A DNA stretch of 33,568 nt from a virus (lineage: Duplodnaviria > Caudoviricetes), in the IMG/VR virus record IMGVR_UViG_3300033076_000381, positions 1 through 33,568 of that record; one strand, written 5' to 3'. Each line of letters begins with the position of its first letter. Position 1 is the stretch's first letter. Positions 1 through 8,334 of this stretch are shown here, in pieces. The translations under genes and the position numbers were made by a program. The notes beneath the pieces are model-generated. The model saw nothing but the letters and a program-made list of their open reading frames with translations. It was not told where the DNA came from and did no database searches.

Positions 1-2539
1 AAAGTATCTGGTCGCCAAGGCGGTCAAGGCTGGCCTCATGTCCTACCCGGCAGGCACCGAGGTCGACACCGACGGCGTCGACGAGGCCCGCAAGTCGTTC
101 GACAGCGGGAGCGATCTGGTCGACGACTTCGACATGCTCGAAACCCACGGCGCCATGATCAACAAGGTGCTGGGCGAGGCCACCGACCAGAAGGTCCAGA
201 AGGCCAAGCGCAAGTCGCGCTTCATGAACTGGCAGCTCACCGAGCAGATGCCGGAGTTCTCCGCCGAGCTGGAGCAGATGGAGACGCAGGTTCCGCTCGG
301 CGGATCGCAGTATTTCAGCCTGTATTTCGACCGCCAGCTCAAGCGCCCGATGCCGGAGTTCGTGCCGGTCGACGACATGCTGCTGCCGTTCGCGACGGCA
401 AGCTTCTACACCGCGCAGCGCAAGACGCGCGTGCTGCACCTGACGCAGCTTGAGTTCGACCGCCGCGTCGAAAGCGGTCTCTACCGCGACGTCGACCTTG
501 TGCCGGAGCAGCAGGAGCCGGAGCCGACGGCGGCCGAGGCGGCCAACCAGAAGGTCGAGGGCAAGAGCGCGTCCACCTACAACGAGGATGGCCTGCGCGA
601 CATCTACGAGTGCTACACCTACTGGGAGTTCGATGACGACGACACGCAAGTGCCGTACATCATCAGCGTCGACAAGTCGACCGAGAAGGTGCTGGCGATC
701 TACCGGAACTATTACCCGGACGACGAAGACCGCAAGGCCATCGATCACATTTTCGAGTTCGACTTCATCCGCTGGCGCGGCGTCTACGGCATCGGCATTC
801 CGCACATCGCAGGCGGCCTCGCGGGTGCCATCACCGGATCCCTGCGCGCGCTTCTCGACAGCGCGCTGATCAACAACATGCCGACGCTGCTGAAAATGAA
901 AGGCAGCTCGCGCGGCGGCGAGACGGTCACGCTGAACCCGACCGAGGTTCTGGAGGTCGACGGCATGCTGTCGCCCGATCAGGACATCCGCAAGACGATG
1001 ATGCCGGTGCCGTTCAACCCGCCCTCGCAGGTGCTGTTCGAACTGCTGGGCTTCCTCACGACGGCGGCGAAGGGCGTGGTGCGGACGAGCCTCGACAACG
1101 AGGCGATGGACACCAACCAGAACACGCCGGTCGGCACGCAGCTCTCCCGCGTCGAGCAGGGCCTCGTCGTGTTCTCGGGCATCTTCCGCCGCCAGTACAT
1201 GGCGATGAACCGCGTGCTGAAGCGCCTGCACGAAATCAACCGCGACTGGCTGCACGAGATGCGGCTGCCGGATCTGGAAGACGGCGAGATGTTTGTCGAG
1301 CCGTCGGACTTCCAAGGCCCGATGGACGTCGTCCCGGTCGCCAATCCGACGATCTACTCCGAGCAGCAGCGCCTCGCGCAATTCGCCGCCCTCCAGCAGC
1401 GTGCGGCGGTCGTGCCGCAGCTCTACAAGCTGCCTGAGATCGAGCGGGCGTTCGTCAAGGATGTCATCAAGGTTCCGGGCGGCGAGAAGTTTTTGAATAT
1501 CCCGCCCGAGCCGGAGCGCATGACCGCCCCGGCGGAAAATGTCGCGCTGATGTCGGGCGACGAGGACATCGAGGTCTATCCCGATCAGGACGACCTCGCG
1601 CACATCCAGACGCACTTGCAGTTCTTCCAGAACCCGGCCCTCGGCGGCAACCCGCTGGTGCTGATGAAAGTGATGCCGCAGCTCCTGCCGCACTTCTTCA
1701 AGCATCTTAACTCGTACTACACGAAGGAAGTCGACAAGGCGACGAAGGCGCTCGGCCTGCGCGCGCAGATGGCGCAGGAGAGCGGCGTTGCCGTTCCCCC
1801 GATGACCGACGATCAGTTGCAGGCGCTCGCGTCGTCGCAGGTCCAGCAGGCAATGATCAAGAACCAGCTCATCCAGCAGCTCACGCCGTTCCTCCAGCAG
1901 ATGAGCCAGCAGCTACAGAGCGCCGCCCCGCAGGATCCCGAGAAGATGAAGGCCGACGCGGCGCGCGCCGAAAGCCAGCGCAAGCTTCAGGAGAGCCAGC
2001 AGAAGTTCGCCATCGATCAGGCGAACGCCAAGACCGACCAGATGCGCGCGCAGATGGAGAACGCCGTCGCCGAGAAGCAGCTCATGCTCGACAAGATGGC
2101 AATGGACCTCGAAAGCGCCCGTCAGGCCCGTCAGGAGGCGGCCGAGGAGCGCCAGCGCCAGATGGACTGGTTCGAGACGCAGATGCGGATCCACGGCGAG
2201 GAGAAGCGCATGGTCCTCGACGCGCAGAAACAGCAGATGGAAAACCAGCAGGCGGAGTTCGGCCAGCGCATGGCTGCCACCGAGCAGGTGTTCCAGCAGC
2301 GTATCGCGGTCATGCAGCTTGAGATCGACAACGCCAAGCAGCGCCTCGCGGAGTTCGTCGCGGGCCAGACGGCCCAGATGGACGCCGAGCAGGCGCAGCA
2401 GGATCGCATTGCACTTGCCCACGAGATCGCGACATCCGTCGCGGAAGCCGCAAACAAACCGCGCCAGCGCACGGTCAAGTTCAAGCGCGGCGAGGACGGC
2501 TCAATCGAGAGCGGTGAAATTCACGAAGGAGAAGGCTGA
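1..2539 (+). CDS. Portal protein, probably 5'-truncated, with long C-terminal Q/E/A-rich coiled coil
   Basis: Frame is open from nt 2 through the ORF at 38. Portal-like blocks FMNWQLTEQMPEF, EFVPVDD, GVYGIGIPH, LRALLDSA, NTPVGTQLSRVEQG; first gene of the head module; ~200-aa helical tail resembling a P22-type portal barrel. Confidence 0.85.
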   Translation, partial: KYLVAKAVKAGLMSYPAGTEVDTDGVDEARKSFDSGSDLVDDFDMLETHGAMINKVLGEATDQKVQKAKRKSRFMNWQLTEQMPEFSAELEQMETQVPLGGSQYFSLYFDRQLKRPMPEFVPVDDMLLPFATASFYTAQRKTRVLHLTQLEFDRRVESGLYRDVDLVPEQQEPEPTAAEAANQKVEGKSASTYNEDGLRDIYECYTYWEFDDDDTQVPYIISVDKSTEKVLAIYRNYYPDDEDRKAIDHIFEFDFIRWRGVYGIGIPHIAGGLAGAITGSLRALLDSALINNMPTLLKMKGSSRGGETVTLNPTEVLEVDGMLSPDQDIRKTMMPVPFNPPSQVLFELLGFLTTAAKGVVRTSLDNEAMDTNQNTPVGTQLSRVEQGLVVFSGIFRRQYMAMNRVLKRLHEINRDWLHEMRLPDLEDGEMFVEPSDFQGPMDVVPVANPTIYSEQQRLAQFAALQQRAAVVPQLYKLPEIERAFVKDVIKVPGGEKFLNIPPEPERMTAPAENVALMSGDEDIEVYPDQDDLAHIQTHLQFFQNPALGGNPLVLMKVMPQLLPHFFKHLNSYYTKEVDKATKALGLRAQMAQESGVAVPPMTDDQLQALASSQVQQAMIKNQLIQQLTPFLQQMSQQLQSAAPQDPEKMKADAARAESQRKLQESQQKFAIDQANAKTDQMRAQMENAVAEKQLMLDKMAMDLESARQARQEAAEERQRQMDWFETQMRIHGEEKRMVLDAQKQQMENQQAEFGQRMAATEQVFQQRIAVMQLEIDNAKQRLAEFVAGQTAQMDAEQAQQDRIALAHEIATSVAEAANKPRQRTVKFKRGEDGSIESGEIHEGEG

Positions 2540-2973
2540 TGCCTAAGTCAACTGCCCTGTGCAACCAGTATCTTGGCCTCGTGTTCAACGCGACGGCCAT
2601 GCCCAACATCGCGGACAATGCGTCGTCCTCGCCGCTGACGAACCTGTACCTGTCGCTGCACACGGCGACGCCGGGGACGGGCGGCAACCAGACGACCAAC
2701 GAGACCGCGTATACGAACTATGCGCGCGTGGCGGTCGTCCGCACGACATCGGGTTGGCAGCTACCTTCGGGCGGCTCTACGCAGAACAACCTGCTCACGC
2801 AGTTCGCGCAGTGTGGCGTCACGGGTGCCACGATCACGCATGTCGGCATCGGCACGGCCTCGACCGGCTCAGGCACGATGCTCTACGCGGGCGCGCTCAA
2901 CAGCTCGCTGACGGTCGCCAACCTCATCCAGCCCCAGTTCTCGGCTGGGGGATTGGTTGTCTCAGAAAGTTAA
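2539..2973 (+). CDS. Virion structural protein (fibre/appendage base, 144 aa)
   Basis: TGATG overlap with portal stop; S/T/G-rich beta-type sequence with LYLSLHTATPG...NE.AY.NYARVAV motif recalled from phage minor structural proteins. Confidence 0.6.
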   Translation: MPKSTALCNQYLGLVFNATAMPNIADNASSSPLTNLYLSLHTATPGTGGNQTTNETAYTNYARVAVVRTTSGWQLPSGGSTQNNLLTQFAQCGVTGATITHVGIGTASTGSGTMLYAGALNSSLTVANLIQPQFSAGGLVVSES

Positions 2974-2985
2974 GTGTGATAGAAT
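2957..2985 (+). promoter_or_regulatory. Putative sigma70-type promoter for the HNH gene
   Basis: TTGTCT (2957-2962), 17-nt spacer, TAGAAT (2980-2985), with extended -10 TG at 2977-2978. Confidence 0.6.
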
Positions 2986-3009
2986 AAGGTTCCACGAATT
3001 GGAGCCTTA
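2985..3009 (+). promoter_or_regulatory. RNA hairpin sequestering the HNH Shine-Dalgarno
   Basis: TAAGGTTCCA (2985-2994) / loop CGAAT / TGGAGCCTTA (3000-3009): 10-bp stem with one G-U pair, covering GGAG at 3001-3004; ATG at 3012. Confidence 0.65.
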
Positions 3010-3011
3010 AA

Positions 3012-3827
3012 ATGGGAAAACCTCAGAAGCGCAACGAAATCATGCAAGCACTGGCTGTCGAGCTTTACGAGAAGTTGGGAAGCGGAAATGCGGTCGCAAA
3101 GCGATTGCAGATTTCTGCGCCGACGGCGTATCGCATGCTCGCTGACGCTGGCATCGATGTGCCGGGCCGCATGGATCCGAAGCCGCGCACACGCAAGACA
3201 GACGAAGCAAAGGCTGCGCTGATCGTTGCCGACTATCGTGGGGGACTGAGCCTTGATGAGTTGACCAAAAAGCACTGCGTTGCTCAGTGGACAATCCGCG
3301 CTTGCGTCAAGCGTGCGGGCTTGAAGTTGCGTGAAGTCGGTGGTCGCAAGCGGCGCGTTCTTCCGTCGGAAGAAAAGATGATCCTCGAATGGAATGCAAC
3401 GGGCTTGTCGCAAACGGCAATTGCCGCAAAACTTAACTGTGGTCAGGCCACCGTTTCTAAGGTTCTTCTCTCGCACGGGATCAGAAGCGCAAGCCGTGCT
3501 GGTGGCAAAACTCATGGTTCTTGGAAAGGCGGTATCTGCAAAACGTCTGAAGGATACATCAAGGAATACATAAACCACGATGATCCTATGCGCTCCATGG
3601 GTGGGCGCAATGGCTACGTGATGCAGCACCGCATCGTCATGGCCCGCGCATTGGGTCGCGCTCTTTACAAGCACGAGACGGTTCACCACATCAACGGCGA
3701 CGCATCTGACAATCGGATTGAAAACTTGCAGCTTCGCCAAGGCAAGCACGGCAAGGGGGTTGTGATGAAATGCGCCGATTGCGGATCGCGTCACATCGTC
3801 ATGGAAAAACTTGCGGAGGAGAAATGA
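3012..3827 (+). CDS. Free-standing HNH homing endonuclease with N-terminal HTH-like repeats
   Basis: HRIVMARALGRAL...ETVHHINGDASDNRIENLQL (HNH_3-type), HGSWKGG motif, about three HTH-like segments, terminal CxxC; lower GC than neighbours. Confidence 0.9.
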   Translation: MGKPQKRNEIMQALAVELYEKLGSGNAVAKRLQISAPTAYRMLADAGIDVPGRMDPKPRTRKTDEAKAALIVADYRGGLSLDELTKKHCVAQWTIRACVKRAGLKLREVGGRKRRVLPSEEKMILEWNATGLSQTAIAAKLNCGQATVSKVLLSHGIRSASRAGGKTHGSWKGGICKTSEGYIKEYINHDDPMRSMGGRNGYVMQHRIVMARALGRALYKHETVHHINGDASDNRIENLQLRQGKHGKGVVMKCADCGSRHIVMEKLAEEK

Positions 3828-4015
3828 GCCAGACCCATCACTGCCAGACCTGCGGGCGCGCGGTCGTGCTGCTCAACGACGGCGACATCATTCGCTCGTG
3901 CCTGAACAGCGACGAGTGCCACGAGCCTGTCGCCGCGCAGATGACCGCAACGGTCTATAGCATCGCCGCCCTTCAGGCGATGACGCCGGAAGAGCGCGCA
4001 AGGATCGGGATGTAA
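3824..4015 (+). CDS. Small Cys/His-rich hypothetical protein (63 aa)
   Basis: ATGA overlap with HNH stop, RBS GGAGGAG; MSQTHHCQTCGR...C...CH. Confidence 0.6.
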   Translation: MSQTHHCQTCGRAVVLLNDGDIIRSCLNSDECHEPVAAQMTATVYSIAALQAMTPEERARIGM

Positions 4016-4016
4016 C

Positions 4017-4877
4017 GTGGGCGGTTTCTCGACATGGCAGGCGCGCGTGGATGTTCAGGCCTATAACGGGGCCGAGCATTACACGACGTTCCGCAAGTCG
4101 CCTTCGCAGGCGACAGTTGCCAACGTGTGGACGGATCTCAGCATCAATTCGGGCACCGGCAATCCGGTCCCGAATTACTATGCGTCGTCGCCCCTCGTGT
4201 CGGCTACGCTTAACTACAATGAAGGCCTGTGGCATGGTGGTGCAGTCAGCCCGGCGAACAAGTACCTCGCGCGCATGATGGTCAGCGTTCAGACGGCGAC
4301 GCCGCTGCCGTTGACGGTCAATCTGCTGGACTATCTGCTCTACTATCCGTTCGTCGACATGGACAGTACCGACCAGCAGACCATGACGAACAGCGTGACA
4401 CTCCCGCGCTACACGACCGGATCGGGCGTGCAGTTGATGATGGTCAGCCACACGACCTACGTGGGCGGCCAGACGTTCCAGATCAGCTACACAAATCAGG
4501 ACGGCACCGCCGGGCGCACGACGCCCTTACAGACGATCAACACGGCGGGCAATGCCTACTCGATGGTGACGGGTGGGCCAACCGCTAATTCGCAGGGGCC
4601 GTTCGTTTCGCTGCAGGTCGGCGACACCGGTATCCGCTCCATCGAGAGCATCACGTTCAACGCGGGCGGCGGCGGTCTGTGCGCGCTCGTGCTGGTCAAG
4701 CCGCTGGCGACGCACGTCGTGCGTGGCATCGACGCGCCGACCGAGCGCGACTACTTCACCGAGACGCCCTCTATGCCGCAGATTGTGGACGGTGCGTATC
4801 TCAACTTCATCGCCTGCCCGAGCGGATCCATTGCTGCGGTTCCGGTTTTCGGTGACGCAACTTTTGTGTGGGGGTAG
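4017..4877 (+). CDS. Virion appendage protein, paralogue A (286 aa)
   Basis: T/S/G-rich beta-type protein sharing multiple blocks with the next gene; GTG start 1 nt after upstream stop. Confidence 0.6.
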   Translation: MGGFSTWQARVDVQAYNGAEHYTTFRKSPSQATVANVWTDLSINSGTGNPVPNYYASSPLVSATLNYNEGLWHGGAVSPANKYLARMMVSVQTATPLPLTVNLLDYLLYYPFVDMDSTDQQTMTNSVTLPRYTTGSGVQLMMVSHTTYVGGQTFQISYTNQDGTAGRTTPLQTINTAGNAYSMVTGGPTANSQGPFVSLQVGDTGIRSIESITFNAGGGGLCALVLVKPLATHVVRGIDAPTERDYFTETPSMPQIVDGAYLNFIACPSGSIAAVPVFGDATFVWG

Positions 4878-4880
4878 AAC

Positions 4881-5762
4881 ATGGGCTACACGTCAATGGA
4901 CGACTTCATCAACGAAGTCACCACGAACGGCAAGTTCTGGCGCAACGACTGGAACAAGTCGACACTGCCGACGACTGTCTACGCGGCGGGGCAGTGGTAC
5001 GACTGGTCGCTCTCGCCGGGCAATCCCGTGGCCGTGCCGACGTTCTCCGGCGGCACGAACCTGACGTCGTCGTCGCTGTCGGACACGGTCGGCGTGGGCA
5101 TGTGGTCCGGCGGCAACGTCAGCCCCGATACCAAGCAGCTCATCAACATGGCGGCGTATTCCGCCGGTACGACGGCAGTGCCGGGCGTTCTGATGCTGAT
5201 CGACCAGCTCCTGTTCTACCCGATCACGACCGTGACGACGACGACGTCGCAGGTGTTCACGAACAGCATTACGCTGCCGCGCTATACGGACGGTGTTGGC
5301 GTGCGTGCCTACATCGCGGCGGGTTCGACGATGGGTGCGGGTGCGCCCAACCTCGGCATCAGCTACACGAACCAGTCAGGTGTTGCGGCCCGCTCTCTGC
5401 CGTTCACGGTGTCGGCCCCGGCGACATCCCCGGCGGGGGCCATCATCCACACCGGCAACGCCGCCAACCGATACGGGCCGTTCCTGCCGCTTGCTGCTGG
5501 CGACAAGGGCATCCGCTCGGTGCAGTCGATCACGATCCAGACGTCGATGACGTCGGGCTTCCTGACGCTCGTGCTGTGCAAGCCCATCGTATCGCTGCCG
5601 CTGACGACCGTTGGCGTCGCCGCCGAGCGCGACCTGCTGAACCAGCTCCCGTCGCTGCCGCAGATCCAAGACGGCGCAAACCTGCAATGGCTGTACTTCG
5701 CGGGATCCGCGACGCCGGTCAACACGCCCTTCTACGGCAACCTCGACTTCGGGTGGGGGTGA
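4881..5762 (+). CDS. Virion appendage protein, paralogue B (293 aa)
   Basis: Shares TLPRYT.G.GV, ISYTNQ.G.A.R, GPF..L..GD.GIRS, LVL.KP, ERD and terminal F.WG with 4017..4877. Confidence 0.6.
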   Translation: MGYTSMDDFINEVTTNGKFWRNDWNKSTLPTTVYAAGQWYDWSLSPGNPVAVPTFSGGTNLTSSSLSDTVGVGMWSGGNVSPDTKQLINMAAYSAGTTAVPGVLMLIDQLLFYPITTVTTTTSQVFTNSITLPRYTDGVGVRAYIAAGSTMGAGAPNLGISYTNQSGVAARSLPFTVSAPATSPAGAIIHTGNAANRYGPFLPLAAGDKGIRSVQSITIQTSMTSGFLTLVLCKPIVSLPLTTVGVAAERDLLNQLPSLPQIQDGANLQWLYFAGSATPVNTPFYGNLDFGWG

Positions 5763-5765
5763 CAC

Positions 5766-5933
5766 ATGGACACGCGCAGACTTCTTGAGCTGGTCAACGC
5801 GACGCCGCTGGCGCGCTTCGACCCCTTCCGCTTCGCGACGGAGATCGCCGCGCAGCAGAAGGAAGACTGCGCGTTGAAGCTTGAGGAACTGGGCCAGCCG
5901 GATCTGGCGGCCCAGATCAGGAGCATGGAGTAG
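5766..5933 (+). CDS. Hypothetical protein (55 aa; absent from ORF track)
   Basis: Translated by hand: MDTRRLLELVNATPLARFDPFRFATEIAAQQKEDCALKLEELGQPDLAAQIRSME; fills the gap between flanking genes. Confidence 0.65.
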   Translation: MDTRRLLELVNATPLARFDPFRFATEIAAQQKEDCALKLEELGQPDLAAQIRSME

Positions 5934-5937
5934 TCGC

Positions 5938-6891
5938 GTGGCGCTTCATGGCAACATGAACGTGTTCAACAAGAACCCGGCGAAGTCGCTGTCGGGCACG
6001 TCCCTGTTTGGCGACCGCCCGCAGTCGAACAAGAACGGCTCGTGGCGCAACGTCTACTCCGGCGACAACAATCTCGGCTTCAGCCAGAAGAACGCGACGC
6101 CTTCGGGCTACGTCCCGCCCTACTGCTACAAGATCGCGCTGAAATCCGGCGGCATGGCGACGTTTCGCTTCATCACGGGCGAGGGCGACGTTGCGAACGC
6201 GAACCTTGCGGGCGGCCTCAACGCCGACGCGACCCTCGACGGGTCGGGCGACATCACGAACGCGGCGGGCGCGCTGATCGTCACGGCGGTTGCGGCCATC
6301 GTCGGCCTCGGCGAGCTGACGGCCGACATCACCGGCAAGCTGGAGGCGTCGGCGACGCTTCTGGGCGCGGGTGACCTGACCGGATCTCTGGGGGCCATCG
6401 CCGACGCGCTCGCGAGCCTCTCGGGCAGCGGCACGCTGGTCGCCGACACGTTTGCGACGGGTACGATGACTGCCGACATTACCGTCACGGGCGGCGCGCT
6501 GACCGTCGGCGACATCGTCGACGGCGTCTGGGACGCACTCGCAACGTCGTACAACACCGCCGGAACGATGGGTGCCAAGCTCAACAGTGCGGCATCAGCA
6601 GGCGATCCGTGGTCGACGGCGCTGCCGGGATCCTACGCGCCGGGCGAGGCAGGGTACATCGTCGGCAACAACCTCGACGCGGCCGTCAGCACGCTCGCCA
6701 CGACGGCGCAGGCGACGCTCATCCTGAAGATCCTGCGGAACAAGACCGCGACGGATCCCTCGACGGGCATCATGACCGTCTACGACGACGACGGCGTCAC
6801 GCCGCTTCTGACGGCCAACATCTATCAGGACGTCAGCGCGACGACGCCCTACGACGGCAACGGCATCAACCTCAAGGACAGGCTCGCATGA
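5938..6891 (+). CDS. Putative fibre/shaft protein (317 aa)
   Basis: GTG start with GGAG RBS; repeated A.L.G.G.L.A beta-shaft pattern; C-terminal DPSTGIMTVYDDDGVTPL motif. Confidence 0.6.
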   Translation: MALHGNMNVFNKNPAKSLSGTSLFGDRPQSNKNGSWRNVYSGDNNLGFSQKNATPSGYVPPYCYKIALKSGGMATFRFITGEGDVANANLAGGLNADATLDGSGDITNAAGALIVTAVAAIVGLGELTADITGKLEASATLLGAGDLTGSLGAIADALASLSGSGTLVADTFATGTMTADITVTGGALTVGDIVDGVWDALATSYNTAGTMGAKLNSAASAGDPWSTALPGSYAPGEAGYIVGNNLDAAVSTLATTAQATLILKILRNKTATDPSTGIMTVYDDDGVTPLLTANIYQDVSATTPYDGNGINLKDRLA

Positions 6892-7511
6892 TGCTTGTCA
6901 CACGCGGACAGGGCAACAACGCGCTGCTCCCGAGCGCCGGTATGGGCGCGAAGGGCAGCGGCCCCGTGCAGATTGTCCGCAACCAGTGGGTCCGCCAGTG
7001 GGCCATCGAGCAGATCCTCGCGAACCAAGCCGCCGCCGACAAACGCGAGCTGGAGGAGAAGCTAAGGGAGACACGCAAGCAGATACGGCAGGCTCCGCTG
7101 GAAGTCGTCGAGGTCGACGAGCTTCCGGCATTCGGGCAGGAACCGGAGCCTGCCAAAAGGCAGCGCCGTCGCCGTCCTCGCGGCCCCGCGACGCGCGCTC
7201 CTCGCCACGGTCAGTCGGCTGCCTCCCGGCAGGCCGTGGCGGGTCTTTTCGCCCAGCAGGCAGCCCTCAAGGCGCAGCTGGCCCGGATCGACGACCAGAT
7301 CCGCGCTGCCTACCGCGAGGCGCTTGACGTCCTCAACCTCGAACCGCTCCGCCCCCGCTCGCCGGTCCAGCAGGCGTGGGTGCGCGAGCAGATGGCGAAG
7401 AACGAGCGCCAGTATCGGGACATGTTCACCGCGCGAGTGACCGACCGACGTCGGTGGCGCAAGCAGGAGGAGGATGCGCTCGCCATTCTTCTCGTCCTCT
7501 CAGCAGCTTAG
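6888..7511 (+). CDS. Hypothetical protein (207 aa), helical, ending EEDALAILLVL
   Basis: ATGA overlap; closes the post-portal cassette. Confidence 0.6.
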   Translation: MMLVTRGQGNNALLPSAGMGAKGSGPVQIVRNQWVRQWAIEQILANQAAADKRELEEKLRETRKQIRQAPLEVVEVDELPAFGQEPEPAKRQRRRRPRGPATRAPRHGQSAASRQAVAGLFAQQAALKAQLARIDDQIRAAYREALDVLNLEPLRPRSPVQQAWVREQMAKNERQYRDMFTARVTDRRRWRKQEEDALAILLVLSAA

Positions 7512-7521
7512 GAGAAAAGCA

Positions 7522-7644
7522 GTGTCCGACGCCATGAACCAGCACAAGAAGCTCGCGATGGGCAAAGCCATCGGGGCGCAGAAGGCGACCGCCCCGGCGG
7601 GGAAATTCAAGAAGGGCGGCTCCGTCAAGAAGAAGGGCTGCTAA
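7522..7644 (+). CDS. Small basic protein (40 aa) with FKKGG motif (absent from ORF track)
   Basis: RBS AGGAGA at 7510, GTG start: MSDAMNQHKKLAMGKAIGAQKATAPAGKFKKGGSVKKKGC. Confidence 0.7.
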   Translation: MSDAMNQHKKLAMGKAIGAQKATAPAGKFKKGGSVKKKGC

Positions 7645-7676
7645 CCCCTTTACCCGAAACCAAAAGGAGACTATAA

Positions 7677-7877
7677 GTGACCGATCTACTCAGCGTGCTT
7701 AAAGAGCGTCAAGACGCTCTGTCCCGCAGCGCGCTCGCCAATCCAAAACGCGATCTGTTCGATCACGCTATGCAGGCGGGTGAGTTCGTGGGCATTCAGT
7801 TCGCCATCGACACGTTCCTCGGATTGAAGGAACCGAAGCCTGCCCCCCGGCAGGAGAAGTCGGCGGTGTACTCGTGA
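7677..7877 (+). CDS. Hypothetical head-module protein (66 aa)
   Basis: RBS AAGGAG; GTGA overlap with groES. Confidence 0.7.
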   Translation: MTDLLSVLKERQDALSRSALANPKRDLFDHAMQAGEFVGIQFAIDTFLGLKEPKPAPRQEKSAVYS

Positions 7878-8317
7878 GCGCCGGATCCCTCTCGTTTCTC
7901 AGCGCCCAGTTCGCCTACGACAGCCTCGCGGATGCGTTCCCCGAGCTGTCCGAGACGGACATCAACCACGAGCCGTACGGCTCGTCCGTCCTCGTCCAGC
8001 TTCGCCAGTCGAAGTCGAAGACGAAGGGCGGCATCCTGCTGACGGACCAGCTTCGTGAGGCCGACAAGTCGAACGTGCAGGTCGCGAAGATCATCGCGCT
8101 CGGCCCGGTCGCCTTCCACAACCGCACGACGCTCCAGCCGTGGCCGGAGGGCGCGTGGGCCAAGGTCGGCGACTTCGTGCGTGTGCCGAAGTTCACGAAC
8201 GACCGCTGGGAAGTCACCGTCAAGGGCGTGGATGAGCCGGTCGTGCTGGCTCAGTTCAACGACCTCGATCTCAAGGGGCGGGTGAAGAACCCCCTCACCG
8301 TCAAGACATTCGTCTGA
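7874..8317 (+). CDS. groES: Co-chaperonin GroES (Cpn10)-like protein
   Basis: EPYGSSVLVQ...KTKGGILL...AKIIALGP...AKVGDFV: Cpn10 signature with mobile loop. Confidence 0.85.
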   Translation: MSAGSLSFLSAQFAYDSLADAFPELSETDINHEPYGSSVLVQLRQSKSKTKGGILLTDQLREADKSNVQVAKIIALGPVAFHNRTTLQPWPEGAWAKVGDFVRVPKFTNDRWEVTVKGVDEPVVLAQFNDLDLKGRVKNPLTVKTFV

Positions 8318-8334
8318 ACCAAGGAGACGGATCA

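Noticed and set aside
2974-3827. Group I intron or intein housing the HNH gene
   Set aside because: Flanking genes end and start intact, only 38 nt of non-coding sequence is present, and no intron core or intein splice motifs are visible.
4017-5762. Diversity-generating retroelement template/variable repeat pair
   Set aside because: Similarity is protein-level paralogy, not near-identical DNA differing at adenines, and no reverse transcriptase is present.
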